Of a stretch of 64,000 nucleotides of DNA, positions 11,101 through 19,299 are shown one piece after another. The stretch lies in contig CAYQWZ010000005.1 in the NCBI GenBank assembly GCA_964421635.1, positions 2,748 through 66,747 of the forward strand. The letters run 5' to 3'. The notes beneath the pieces are model-generated. The model was not told the origin of the DNA and searched no databases. It saw nothing but the letters and a program-made list of their open reading frames with translations. Positions within the stretch are counted from its first letter, which is position 1, and the number at the start of each line of letters is the position of its first letter. Source of the stretch: an uncultured Candidatus Saccharibacteria bacterium. GTDB lineage: Bacteria > Patescibacteriota > UBA1384 > CAILIB01 > JAUSJZ01. A program made the position numbers and the translations under genes.

Positions 11101-11108
11101 TCAAATAG
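5181..11108 (+). CDS. Giant secreted tail-fibre-like surface protein with C-terminal intramolecular chaperone (Peptidase_S74-like) domain
   Basis: Signal peptide (..LQAESA), N-terminal QLQFSGKLT..YGFKFEIF..GGSALWTE domain, G/T/S/A-rich repeats, S74 motif SSERYKENI...LRPVSFDY...IGLIAEEV..IFP..V..VSYSKLVVPLLNEVQ followed by coiled coil. Confidence 0.85.
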   Translation: MKGGQITREFKLWRPLSRVFVWAVLALVVFVPLQAESAINKQLQFSGKLTKSDKTNVTNGAYGFKFEIFSVASGGSALWTETWNGSSSKITVTDGLFSIALGTYTDLSVVDFNSSSLYLAISFDPGNDGTYEELFTTRIRLTSSPYSLNSDKLDGKDESEFADLSEAETISNDWLFGEDIRFGDADNSNYIGFQAPANISTNVIWTLPSVDGTVNQVLKTDGNGTLSWADSSSGTIDLTSEVTGTLPITNGGTGQITAANAINALLPTQTGNSGKYLTTNGSVSSWAAVAGGGASNIADLDDVTISSVADNEIFQYDNGTSKWINQTFAEAGIAVTGDLHDAVTVVDSDTIDFTLSTQQITAIVIADSIDDTHIDWGSGANQVDLDDIPDGTSYERVAAAQLSSGIYIDASTATKGIASFTAADFDAASGVISIDYANGTAASGAAKGFLTAADWTTFNSKQAAGSYITSFTLAGTSGSNQTISQGDTLTIAAGTDITTTGGATDIITVANSSTLATVTGRGATTTTLVNLDGGIAVDTSNFTVSGTTGATAITAVNAASGSLNALGLSGTLGIFNGTDTFRGIYLNYTNANHTGSSNYVYGLDIAAITADAEATERAINVGVGWDVGLYIADAATYSLQLASTDGDAASGITFGTDTNLYRSAANTLKTDDALIVTGHTTFEGVTSTGATGTGKLVYGTSPTLATPILGAATYTTLSGGNITNSALTSGRLTYAGTSGILQDSANMTFGATYGLTLAAGSTSGLQLSSTAGTAAGGILLGTDTNIYRSAANILKTDDSFTVGTNLVVTGSTTLDTSLTGMVKASSGVISAASAGTDYLVPGGTLFTLAGTSGSNQTISQGNTLTIAAGTDITTTGGATDTVTVANSSTLATVTGRGATTTTLTNLDGGIAIDTDNFTVSGTSGALAIAGAMTTGTAANISFDSAGQTGALTGLNVDFSNITADGTNTVYGIHVQDPVSNTASTEYGIYQAGTNWDYGGYFEDDLRTTGMDIQQASADPQIHFDFYSSGASDNTGETVAGTGADDASMGTIAWSNPSRVTADDGSRAQCIFSGVSTCHYLKATNFGFSIPEGSSIIGIVATVEGLCPVWSGAATWESVRLVDGDGTIVGDDKSPDTAFPSGEDTKTDFGASDNTWSASLDRNDINDSDFGFVFTGSRSGGLNSQLLIDAMYVTVYYSSAEQDYDWTMGIDEDAGGIFAISRSAGTLGSNNALTIDSNSDVTISSDLSVTDTLTVNGVNAAGGSADATTLTGTLGAMDGSDTYRGLYLNYTNADHTGASNVFYGLDIAGITADADATEYAMNIGAGWDAGLYIADGATYSLQLASTDGDAASGITFGTDTNLYRSAADTLKTDDALIVTGHTTFEGVTSTGATGTGKLVYDNTPTLITPALGAATYTTLSGGNITNSALTSGRVTYAGTAGILQDSANMTFDTTNGLKLAAGSASALQLTSTAGTSVGGVMFGADTNLYRVYDTEARLQTDNPLNVGGTIQINPFISGGGYVSTYSYRDDTGGGGLSTNAARGTRATPTVIHDDDYLGNFNFNGYDGNSYEIGGQFRFMVDGTVSDGVVPGRFEVNTTTSGGVSTLGLTLDSAQKLWLGSTLDTNLYRGAANELTTDDLLSFSSTKAANAVDFKSYKPDSAGGAQFLFNTSAAISSATIFAVQENGTNAFLIDKDNQVLMPAVYNDTVGGTNRDLFIDNTGKLGYVVSSERYKENIVALQNNNTDWLYDLRPVSFDYKDKNLGVDQIGLIAEEVAEIFPNIVSYSRENPNLAETVSYSKLVVPLLNEVQNLNQDLSTVDIAVAQIQSDIIERLTTQTAILNTIESSAGKDLVLKSSSGKVIVDSSIEVNGKVIFHNDLTVHGEIAGVSIDLEENKSTGRGTIVNNEDKVYIKTDIIEPDDKVLLTPIITNKNETDLQGNSVQLYRGIIDEGIGFWVHVISSRDLEKELPFDWLIVK
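6591..7950 (+). repeat. Internal duplication A in the giant gene (~6591-6830 and ~7716-7950)
   Basis: FTLAGTSGSNQTISQG.TLTIAAGTDITTTGGATD..TVANSSTLATVTGRGATTTTL.NLDGGIA.DT.NFTVSGT occurs twice; DNA copies differ mainly at synonymous sites. Confidence 0.9.
6880..9650 (+). repeat. Internal duplication B in the giant gene (~6880-7560 and ~8980-9650)
   Basis: GTLG..GSDT.RG.YLNYTNA.HTG...YSLQLASTDGDAASGITFGTDTNLYRSAA.TLKTDDALIVTGHTTFEGVTSTGATGTGKLVY...GILQDSANMTF occurs twice. Confidence 0.9.
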
Positions 11109-11129
11109 TTCTAGTATTATAGTATTGTA

Positions 11130-12800
11130 ATGCTTTTTTGGTACACTTTTTTTTCGTTGATTGTCTTCTCCCCCATCCTTTATGTTTATGGATTCGGAGG
11201 ATTTGAAGCAGCTAAAATTACTTTCTTTTTAATTACAGGCTCATTAATGCTCATCGCTTTCGTCAAAAACAAAAAGAATAATAATGACTCTATAATTATT
11301 AATCGACCGCTTACCACTTACTCCTTAATAGCTTTGGCAAGCTATATTACTGTTAGGTCTTTCTTTTGTGAAGGATTAAACTTGGCTTGGCTTGGCTCTT
11401 ATCTAACTCATCTTGGATCCTTCGTTTGGCTGGTTTTTGTTTTGCTGATAATTGCTTTAATAAATTTGAGAGGAAATGAAAAGATTAAAAAAACTATTAT
11501 TCTATCGGCTTTTATATCTTTAGTAGCGGTTTTAATATCTGTTGCTCTGCAACACTTCGGCTTGATGGGAGGGGAGTGGCACATCTTTGACGATCCAACA
11601 CGGGGAAGAACTCTTTTCGGTTCAATTGGCAGCTCTACTTATTTAGGCATAGTAATTACCATGTTGACATTTATAAGCCTACCTCTGATTCGTGCTTCTA
11701 ATAATATTTTCCGATACTTAGCTATCACTGTTTTAGCCATTGCAACCATTACAGTCTTTCTAACAAAATCTATTACTGGTATAGCTATTTTAGTGCTAGG
11801 CCTCGCCCTTCATTTACTTAAGGCTCCACAGTATATAAATAAATTTATTTTTATTTCACTGTTCATTATAATTTCTATATCGCCCTTTGTTTTATTATCA
11901 CCTAAAATGCAATCTTCATTATCTTCGGTTGCTCCCTCTTTAGTAGATAGAGCCTATATTTGGCAAAGCTCTATTGACTCGCTTGATAATTCAAAAACAA
12001 TTTTGTTTGGAGCCGGCTCAGAACATTTTCAATTTCTATATGATCAGCATTTTCCTCAAGAAAGAATCGACCTGCCTTCTGTTACTGAAGAGGAACCGCA
12101 TAATATAATTTTAGAAATTCTAACTGAATGGGGTTTAGTAGGATTATTACTATTTCTTACTTTCTCATACTATTTATTACAAGAAAGTAAGCTTAACAAA
12201 ACCGCCACTTTGAACTTGTTACTACTATGGTTGCTACTACAATTTAATTTTTTGTCTGCCAATCTGCTTGTAATATCTTTAATACTAATTAAATTAGCCT
12301 TTGAGATAAAATCTCAAAAGAGTATCATCCTTAGAACAAAGTTGCTTCTTCCCCTTAGCGCTCTAATATTTGTTTTATCTTCAGTAATTGGGTTGGGTAC
12401 TATTGCTTCATCTGTTGCTAATCATTTTGGAGGAGTGAGTTCAGCTAAATTAGATTTCAATAAATCTGTCAGTATTTTCGAACAAGCTACAAAATATTCT
12501 ATATTTGATAAATCCTTTACTTTACTTCAGTTGGCCGAAGCCAGAGCCAACCGAGCCATATTAAATAATGACTATAGTGATTATGCCCAGACCGAAGAAA
12601 TTTTACTACAAGCTCTCAAAGGAAATCCTAGTGCGCGGCAATATGCCATCGCTATTCGTATCATTGAGGCATACGCCGCGCACGACAACAACGCTTCACG
12701 AGAGCTATCTCGCACCGTAAATTTATTCGCAAAAAAATGGGGTAGCCATCCTAAACACCAAGATATAATTAAGAGCTTTAAAAAGGTTGGTTGGTTATAA
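11130..12800 (+). CDS. O-antigen ligase family / O-oligosaccharyltransferase-like membrane protein with helical C-terminal domain
   Basis: Many TM helices; Wzy_C motifs DRAYIW...LFGAG.EHF...EPHNIILEILTEWGLVGL. Confidence 0.85.
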   Translation: MLFWYTFFSLIVFSPILYVYGFGGFEAAKITFFLITGSLMLIAFVKNKKNNNDSIIINRPLTTYSLIALASYITVRSFFCEGLNLAWLGSYLTHLGSFVWLVFVLLIIALINLRGNEKIKKTIILSAFISLVAVLISVALQHFGLMGGEWHIFDDPTRGRTLFGSIGSSTYLGIVITMLTFISLPLIRASNNIFRYLAITVLAIATITVFLTKSITGIAILVLGLALHLLKAPQYINKFIFISLFIIISISPFVLLSPKMQSSLSSVAPSLVDRAYIWQSSIDSLDNSKTILFGAGSEHFQFLYDQHFPQERIDLPSVTEEEPHNIILEILTEWGLVGLLLFLTFSYYLLQESKLNKTATLNLLLLWLLLQFNFLSANLLVISLILIKLAFEIKSQKSIILRTKLLLPLSALIFVLSSVIGLGTIASSVANHFGGVSSAKLDFNKSVSIFEQATKYSIFDKSFTLLQLAEARANRAILNNDYSDYAQTEEILLQALKGNPSARQYAIAIRIIEAYAAHDNNASRELSRTVNLFAKKWGSHPKHQDIIKSFKKVGWL

Positions 12801-12880
12801 TACCCCAAATAGCAGCCAAAATTATACCTAGTATTACGACGATCATTGAGAGAATCTGCATTAGAGGAGTAATTGGTATT

Positions 12881-13441
12881 TTAGACATTTGCTGTTTGCA
12901 CTAACATATTTATATAAAAACCTACATAGTAAGTGACAAGAGCGGCTACTCCACCAACCGAGGTAGAAATTAAACCATCTTTTAAAATGTTTTCTTTAAG
13001 CGCCCAACCCTTAACTACACCAACCAAAAAGAGAGCCACAAGAGTCGAAATAATTGAAAGCTGAAATATAACTCCGCTAGCTATCGGATTAAAATAATTC
13101 CAAACATAACCCATAAGAGGAATAAAACCCACTATATTAAAAGCTAGAAAAGTAACTACGGCACCCGGTAGCGGATTAAGCTCCTCATCAATATTTTGTA
13201 CTTTTAAACGCTTTGATTCCGTTTTATTGAGTTGTTTAGCACTTCCCCCGCTCATAAAACGACCAACAGACATAGAAAATCCATCTGCAAAAAGATTAGC
13301 AAACCCCAAAACAATAACTGCAAAAGAGGGGAGTCCAGCCCCAACAATCCCCGCCACTACCGCAAAAGTAGTTACTGCCCCATCCATTCCCCCATAAACA
13401 AAATCAATTATCCAATATGGGGCTTTCTCGTTTTTATCCAT
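12881..13441 (-). CDS. VIT1/CCC1 family Fe/Mn transporter
   Basis: [19 protein letters not shown]...[15 protein letters not shown] signature. Confidence 0.93.
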   Translation of the reverse strand: MDKNEKAPYWIIDFVYGGMDGAVTTFAVVAGIVGAGLPSFAVIVLGFANLFADGFSMSVGRFMSGGSAKQLNKTESKRLKVQNIDEELNPLPGAVVTFLAFNIVGFIPLMGYVWNYFNPIASGVIFQLSIISTLVALFLVGVVKGWALKENILKDGLISTSVGGVAALVTYYVGFYINMLVQTANV

Positions 13442-13473
13442 ATATCTATTTTACTAAAAATGCCCCCATTCAC

Positions 13474-14694
13474 CTATGCGCTATCTACATACAATTCAGC
13501 TAAAGCCCCCGCTACATCTCTGTGCTCACCAATAAGAGGAAAATGATGCATTTCAAAGTATGGTTTAGGATTAGCCTCAACTATATATAGTTTTTGCTTT
13601 TTATAGGAAACTCCTAAATCTTGAGCGATAATATCGAGCCCCACTATTGGCACCTTCAGCAGCGTCGCCACTCGCTCAAACAACGCTCTGTTGTGCGGAT
13701 GAGTAGTTGAGGTAACATCGTAAATATCGGCGGCTGAAGCCAAATTAATTTTGTTAGACAAATTTTTTCTCTCCCCTTTTTTGAGTACCGTAGCTAAGTT
13801 ACAGTTACTCTCAGCCAGTTTTTTCAATAACGAATTATTTATCTCCACTATATGCATAGGATGATTTCGAGAATTAACCGGACCACGATATTTTTCGTTA
13901 TTCTTTTTTTCAATTAAAGCAGCAATGGTACTTCTGCCGTCTCCCTCAATTGAGGATGGCATTCTTTTAGCTACCGCTATTTGACTAAAACCAACCATAG
14001 TAGCGCGATAGTCGAATCCTTCTACAAACTCTTCTACTAAAACTTCAAGCGAAATTAGAAAAACAGATTTTATGGCCGCTTTTACCTGTTTGGCTGACTT
14101 AATATTGACAAAAGTGTGCCGCGACAAAGAACCGTCCGCGGGCTTAATAACAATAGATTTATTCTGACCTAGAAGCTGGTTAGCGTATCTTAGCGCCGGA
14201 CTAAAAAAGATAAACTTAGCGCCGGGCACAAACGGCAGCTGATGCTCATACAGTAATTTTTTAAACTCCATTTTATCGTCATAAATGAAGGAACCGACCG
14301 CCAAAGCGCTGTTCGACGGTATTGTTTCAAACAACATTCTTCTGCTATCACTTTGCAACTCGCATATTTGCATTGGGAAAACCCCGAAAAGATAAAATGT
14401 AGAGACCATCATTCCGCGCTTGGCGCAGGCTAGAGCAAAAAGTTTGGTACGCAAATGAACCCGACTATTTCCTATTGGCATTTTGAGCACTAATATTCGG
14501 CTGAGATAGCCAAATGTTACAAAAAATAAAGTAATATAAGAGCTCAAAAACAGATAGAATCTTCTAAATCTTTTCGCTAGCGGAATAATTGGCCAAAAGA
14601 AAAAATAGAACATCCTTGAAAAAGAAAGGATGATTCTTTCAGTTGAATGCAAATAATTAGCCTTTATTGGCTCACAGTGCAAACATTGTTTCAT
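13474..14694 (-). CDS. ATP-grasp ligase resembling the cyanophycin synthetase / GshAB ATP-grasp region
   Basis: DDK..FKKLL, VIKPADGS, VLVEEFVEGFDYR, R.P..I.GDG.STI..LI..KN, N...AAD..DVT, VGLDII, IVEAN.KP. Confidence 0.8.
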   Translation of the reverse strand: MKQCLHCEPIKANYLHSTERIILSFSRMFYFFFWPIIPLAKRFRRFYLFLSSYITLFFVTFGYLSRILVLKMPIGNSRVHLRTKLFALACAKRGMMVSTFYLFGVFPMQICELQSDSRRMLFETIPSNSALAVGSFIYDDKMEFKKLLYEHQLPFVPGAKFIFFSPALRYANQLLGQNKSIVIKPADGSLSRHTFVNIKSAKQVKAAIKSVFLISLEVLVEEFVEGFDYRATMVGFSQIAVAKRMPSSIEGDGRSTIAALIEKKNNEKYRGPVNSRNHPMHIVEINNSLLKKLAESNCNLATVLKKGERKNLSNKINLASAADIYDVTSTTHPHNRALFERVATLLKVPIVGLDIIAQDLGVSYKKQKLYIVEANPKPYFEMHHFPLIGEHRDVAGALAELYVDSA

Positions 14695-14734
14695 ATATTA
14701 ATACTAGCAGCTTTCAAAAAAGCAAAGGCACTTT

Positions 14735-15553
14735 TTAGCTTGTAGACCGTAGCTTAGAAATCAAAATACTCAAAAGCAAAATTAATCCGGCTAAGACAGC
14801 AATAGTTGGACCAGTTGGCAGGTTGTAATTGGCAGAAATCAGTAATCCGGCAATTACACTAAATAAAGATACAATTGGCGTAATAATGTACATATTGCGC
14901 AAAGAGCGAGCGTACACGCGAGCGATGGTAGCGGGCATTACAATTAGTGCATTTACTAAGATAATTCCGACGAGCTGAAGAGCAGCTACTACTGTCATGG
15001 CTAATAGAATATGAAAAATAGTATCAATGCGATCTACTTTGACTCCAGTAGTTTTGGCCAAATCTTTATCTATTGAAATTAGCAAAATTTGTTTTCTATA
15101 AAGAAATAGAAAGCAAAGCACCACTATCACCAAGCCAACCAACCAGTAAAGCTCAACTGTGCCAATAGTCAAAATACTACCAAATAGAAAACTAATCAGT
15201 TCTGGCTGGTAACCGGGCATAAAAGCCAGTAATAAAACTCCGAGCGCCAACGCCGAGGGCAATAGTGAGCCTAAAATATTATCTAGGGGCAGATGCGATG
15301 ATTTTTGTAAAATTGGCAAAAAGTAAGCTACAACAACTGCGAATATTACAGTAGTCACTAAAGGATTAACAGAAAACAATAAACCCAAAGCCACACCGGC
15401 TAAAGAGGCGTGAGCGATAGCATCCCCAAAAAATGAGGCGCGCCGCAAAACCACTTGAATGCCCATAAATGAAGTAAGTACGGCTACTAATAGTCCTCCT
15501 ATTGCGGCGCGCTGAAAAAAAGGCAGGTTAATTATTTCAAGCAGTTCATTCAT
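14735..15553 (-). CDS. znuB: Zn/Mn ABC transporter permease
   Basis: FFGDAIAHASLAGVALG, SFLFGSIL, VGIILVNALIVMPATIA, LPTGPTI. Confidence 0.9.
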   Translation of the reverse strand: MNELLEIINLPFFQRAAIGGLLVAVLTSFMGIQVVLRRASFFGDAIAHASLAGVALGLLFSVNPLVTTVIFAVVVAYFLPILQKSSHLPLDNILGSLLPSALALGVLLLAFMPGYQPELISFLFGSILTIGTVELYWLVGLVIVVLCFLFLYRKQILLISIDKDLAKTTGVKVDRIDTIFHILLAMTVVAALQLVGIILVNALIVMPATIARVYARSLRNMYIITPIVSLFSVIAGLLISANYNLPTGPTIAVLAGLILLLSILISKLRSTS

Positions 15554-16256
15554 TACCGTAGAGCTTACTAATAGTAGTTTTTCTCAAAACCTTATCAACC
15601 GGCCCAAAAGCCAGAACTTTTTTATTAATCACTAGCACTAAATCGGCATACTTCTTAACATAATCTAGCTCATGCGAAACTAAAATTGCAGTCATATCTT
15701 TTTCTTTGACCATTTTGGAAATTAAATTAAAGAAGGATATTTCTCCAGAAGTATCGATACCCGCCTCAGGCTCATCTAATATTAATAATTTGGGCGAGTG
15801 AATAATAGATTTTGCCAATAACACTCGTTGTAATTGTCCACCAGAGATTTCAGACAACATTGAATTTAAAATATTTTTGGCACCAACCTGAGAAAGAGCT
15901 TTAACAATACTTTTTTTTGGATTCGACAAACACTCCTCGCAGCTACATTCGGCTAGACTGATCTTTAAAAACTCTTCTACTGTAATAGGAAAACTTCTGT
16001 CAAAATTAAAATTCTGAGGTAGATAGCCAATTTGGTGATATTCTTTTTCAACCCGATTACCAAAAACTTGAACACTGCCCTCACTTTCAATTAAGCCCAA
16101 AATTGCTTTTATTAGTGTAGATTTTCCCGAACCGTTGGGCCCAATTACCATTAAAATCTTTCCCTTTGGCAGCTCAAAATTGATGTCTTTTATGGCATCA
16201 TAATTTATTTTAGGATACTTAACAGTCAGATTTTTTACAGAAACTACAGTTTTCAT
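15546..16256 (-). CDS. znuC: Zn/Mn ABC transporter ATP-binding protein
   Basis: GPNGSGKST, IGYLPQ, ISGGQLQRVLLA, LLILDEP, VSHEL. Confidence 0.9.
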   Translation of the reverse strand: MKTVVSVKNLTVKYPKINYDAIKDINFELPKGKILMVIGPNGSGKSTLIKAILGLIESEGSVQVFGNRVEKEYHQIGYLPQNFNFDRSFPITVEEFLKISLAECSCEECLSNPKKSIVKALSQVGAKNILNSMLSEISGGQLQRVLLAKSIIHSPKLLILDEPEAGIDTSGEISFFNLISKMVKEKDMTAILVSHELDYVKKYADLVLVINKKVLAFGPVDKVLRKTTISKLYGNE

Positions 16257-17167
16257 TAGTTCTCTTCGCTATTTTCGACTACTGAATTAGCCAGAATTTT
16301 ATCTAAATTATACTTAATCATAGTGATATAACTATAAGCTTCGTTGCTACCGCCAAGAGGGTCGAGAGTATCAATTTTTACCCCCAAGTCTGTCGCTAAA
16401 GATTCAATAGCCGAAGTTGAAAATTGTGGCTCAGCGTAAAGAACCGTAATACTGTTCTTCTGAATTTGATCACTAAACTCTTTTAGCCAAGCGGCAGAGG
16501 GCTCTTCGCCAGGAAACTCCTCAAAAGTAGCTACTACTTCAAATCCTACTGAATCTGCTAAATAAGCAAAGGCGTTGTGAAAAGTAGCAATTTTAATGTC
16601 CTGTTCGGCAAATTTGTTTTGATAAAATTTTTGTAGCTGCTCGGTATTTTTTATAAATATTGCTAAGTTGCTCTCGATTTCTACCTGATATTGAGGATAA
16701 AGCGCAATCAAATTATCACTAACTGCCCGAGCAATAGCAGCCGAGTTGTTTAAACTTAACCAATAATGAGGATCTTCCCCTTCTTCACCGTCTGAAATTA
16801 AAGTCGAGCCACTATCGACAACGACTGAATGCAGCCCAAGCGCTTGAACAATTTCGTCAATAATATAGTTGTCTACTCCATGGCCAAAAGAAAAAACCGC
16901 GTCAGCCTGACTCAGCTCTTTCAACTTTTTGCTTGATATTGAAAAAGTATGTGGACTAGAGCCCGTATCGACAATTAATCCTACATCAATTAAATCCCCA
17001 GCAAGCGTCCTTGTAATATCATACAAAGGATAAATTGTGGTCGCTACTTTTGGTTTATCAGACGACTTAAAAATGCTGTTGCTACTGAAAAGTTTAGCGA
17101 CCCAAAAAGCTCCGGCTACAGCAATAACAATTGAAACTATCCAGACAGTATATTTTTTGTACATCAA
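16256..17167 (-). CDS. znuA: Zn/Mn ABC transporter substrate-binding protein
   Basis: VATTIYPL, SPHTF, DPHYWLS, TFHNAFAY, EEPSA, LDPLG. Confidence 0.9.
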   Translation of the reverse strand: MMYKKYTVWIVSIVIAVAGAFWVAKLFSSNSIFKSSDKPKVATTIYPLYDITRTLAGDLIDVGLIVDTGSSPHTFSISSKKLKELSQADAVFSFGHGVDNYIIDEIVQALGLHSVVVDSGSTLISDGEEGEDPHYWLSLNNSAAIARAVSDNLIALYPQYQVEIESNLAIFIKNTEQLQKFYQNKFAEQDIKIATFHNAFAYLADSVGFEVVATFEEFPGEEPSAAWLKEFSDQIQKNSITVLYAEPQFSTSAIESLATDLGVKIDTLDPLGGSNEAYSYITMIKYNLDKILANSVVENSEEN

Positions 17168-17168
17168 T

Positions 17169-18710
17169 TTAATTATAGGTTATTAGACTGTCTCCTGTCA
17201 TTTCTGGAGGACGAGATAACCCCATAATATCTAAAATTGTTGGAGCTACATCTTGCTGGCCACCATTTTTGAGCTTAATTTTATTTTTAGCCAGCAGTTC
17301 GTCGTTAGAGATAATGTAAAATCCTACCGGATTAGTAGAGTGAGAAGGCTTCGGCGTTCCATCATCGTAAAGCTTATCTTCGGCATTGCCATGGTCAGAT
17401 GTATAAACAACCACATAGTCGTTCGCTAAAGCGGTTTTTGTCACTTCGGCTACTGTTTTATCAACCGTCTCAACAGCTTTAATAATGGCTTCCTTCTGTG
17501 CCGTGTGCCCCACTAAATCACAGTTGGCAAAATTTATTAAAATAAAATCGTACTTCTGCTCCTCAATTTTGGTTATAGCTTCAACTACAATTTTTGCAGC
17601 TGACATTTTGGGCGCTTCATCATAAGAAGGAACTTTGAGCGACGGCACCATTATTCTATCTTCACCTTCATTTGGCTCTTCTCGCTGAGAATTAAAAAAG
17701 TAGGTTACATGAGCGTATTTCTCCGTTTCTGCAATCCTTAACTGTTTCAAATTTAGAGTTGCTAACACCTGCCCTAAATTATTATTTATTACCTCTTCTT
17801 GAAAAGCAGCCATTGATTCCATTCCGTTGTCGTATGCAGTCATAGTAACAATATTTACATCTGGCCAAACTGGTCGTTCAAATTTATCAAAATCTTCATC
17901 TAATAGAGCATGAGTCAGCTGGCGTGGCCGGTCAGTTCTAAAATTAAAGAAAATCATAGCATCATTATCTGCTAACTGCCCCTTGGGCGAGCCGTTTTGA
18001 TTATAAATAACAGTCGGCGGCAGATAATAATCTGTTTTAGCACCATTCTTGTAACCAATTTCGACTGCCTGTTTGGCGCTTGAAGCCTTGGCCCCAATTG
18101 AACCTGTAAGCATATTGAAGGCTTTTTTTGTTCGCTCCCAGTTTTTATCTCTATCCATAGCGTAGTATCGCCCGACCACAGTGGCTATTTCTCCTCCTGC
18201 ATCCTCAATTTCTTTAATATATTTTTGGGCCGAGCGCTCAGCCACATCTCGACCATCAGCAATAAAATGGATGCGGACTTTCTCTACCCCTTCATCTTTA
18301 GCCATCAGCATAAGGGCTTTGAGATGATCTATGTGAGCATGCACGCCCTCGTCTGAACAAAGACCCATTAAATGCAGAGTACTTTTGGAGTCTTTAGCAT
18401 GACGCATAGCCGCCAATAATTTATCATTTTTAAAAAAACTTTTATCTTCTATGGCTTTATTAATTCGCTCATAAAGCTGCCAGACAATCCTTCCTGCTCC
18501 CATATGTAAATGTCCAACTTCAGAATTTCCCTGCGCCCCCTTTGGCAAACCAACTGCTGACCCCGAAGCCTTGTTGGAACAATGGGCATAAGTTCGTTTA
18601 ATCTTATTCAAAAATGGAGTCTTAGCTTGCGACGCAAAATTGCCCGGCCCTTTGGGAGCTTCACCTAGCCCATCGGCAACAATTAAAACTACTTTTCTTT
18701 GTGGTTCCAC
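17169..18710 (-). CDS. gpmI: 2,3-bisphosphoglycerate-independent phosphoglycerate mutase
   Basis: GLPKGAQGNSEVGH, DGRDV, GRYYAMDRD, FNFRTDR, AETEKYAHVTYFF, NFANCDLVGHT, SDHGNAE. Confidence 0.97.
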   Translation of the reverse strand: MEPQRKVVLIVADGLGEAPKGPGNFASQAKTPFLNKIKRTYAHCSNKASGSAVGLPKGAQGNSEVGHLHMGAGRIVWQLYERINKAIEDKSFFKNDKLLAAMRHAKDSKSTLHLMGLCSDEGVHAHIDHLKALMLMAKDEGVEKVRIHFIADGRDVAERSAQKYIKEIEDAGGEIATVVGRYYAMDRDKNWERTKKAFNMLTGSIGAKASSAKQAVEIGYKNGAKTDYYLPPTVIYNQNGSPKGQLADNDAMIFFNFRTDRPRQLTHALLDEDFDKFERPVWPDVNIVTMTAYDNGMESMAAFQEEVINNNLGQVLATLNLKQLRIAETEKYAHVTYFFNSQREEPNEGEDRIMVPSLKVPSYDEAPKMSAAKIVVEAITKIEEQKYDFILINFANCDLVGHTAQKEAIIKAVETVDKTVAEVTKTALANDYVVVYTSDHGNAEDKLYDDGTPKPSHSTNPVGFYIISNDELLAKNKIKLKNGGQQDVAPTILDIMGLSRPPEMTGDSLITYN

Positions 18711-18724
18711 TTTCTATAGGATAA

Positions 18725-19297
18725 TTACTTAAACAATACCTCTTTTATACTATCAAGATTAATCCAAACTACCCCAATTAGCACTAAGTTTATTAGAGGG
18801 AAAATTACTAAATTCTCAAACCACTTGCCAGATTGAATACGGATTCCCTCAAAGGGTTTAGGTGGAAAACCAAAATTTTTATCTATTGGCCACAGAAGAG
18901 GAATGCCCAAAACAGTAATAGTATCGGCTAGAAGATGCGAGATGTAGCCAATCATAAAAGCCAGCCATGTCCAAAAGAGATTTATACCCCAATAAAGAGG
19001 CGTCCAAAAAATTAGTTGGTGAGATAGATAGCCAAACAAAATCACTCCTAATATTGAATGAGTAAGATTCCGATGACCAAAAGTAAATTTTGATGTGACT
19101 TTGCCAACCTGTTTTCCCATCGGAACAGAATCGTAAATATCGGCTGCCGCACTATCTAAATCTGGCAGTAAAGCGCCAAAGTGAGAAGCAACAATGACAC
19201 CCACGAGTGTAGCCGGCGCATAGCTTGGCTCTTGCCAAACAAAAAAGCTGCCTAAAGCAGCGGCTACACCAATTACTTGATGAGTTTTTCCAGTCAA
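18725..19297 (-). CDS. YdjM-family membrane metal-dependent hydrolase
   Basis: MTGKTH, GALLPDLD, GHRNLTHS, GYISHLLAD, GIPLLWP. Confidence 0.9.
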   Translation of the reverse strand: MTGKTHQVIGVAAALGSFFVWQEPSYAPATLVGVIVASHFGALLPDLDSAAADIYDSVPMGKQVGKVTSKFTFGHRNLTHSILGVILFGYLSHQLIFWTPLYWGINLFWTWLAFMIGYISHLLADTITVLGIPLLWPIDKNFGFPPKPFEGIRIQSGKWFENLVIFPLINLVLIGVVWINLDSIKEVLFK

Positions 19298-19299
19298 GA

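Noticed and set aside
5181-11108. Tail fibre as part of a prophage, or a diversity-generating retroelement target
   Set aside because: It has a signal peptide and cell-surface neighbours; the duplicated blocks differ mainly at synonymous positions rather than adenine-specifically, and no reverse transcriptase is present.
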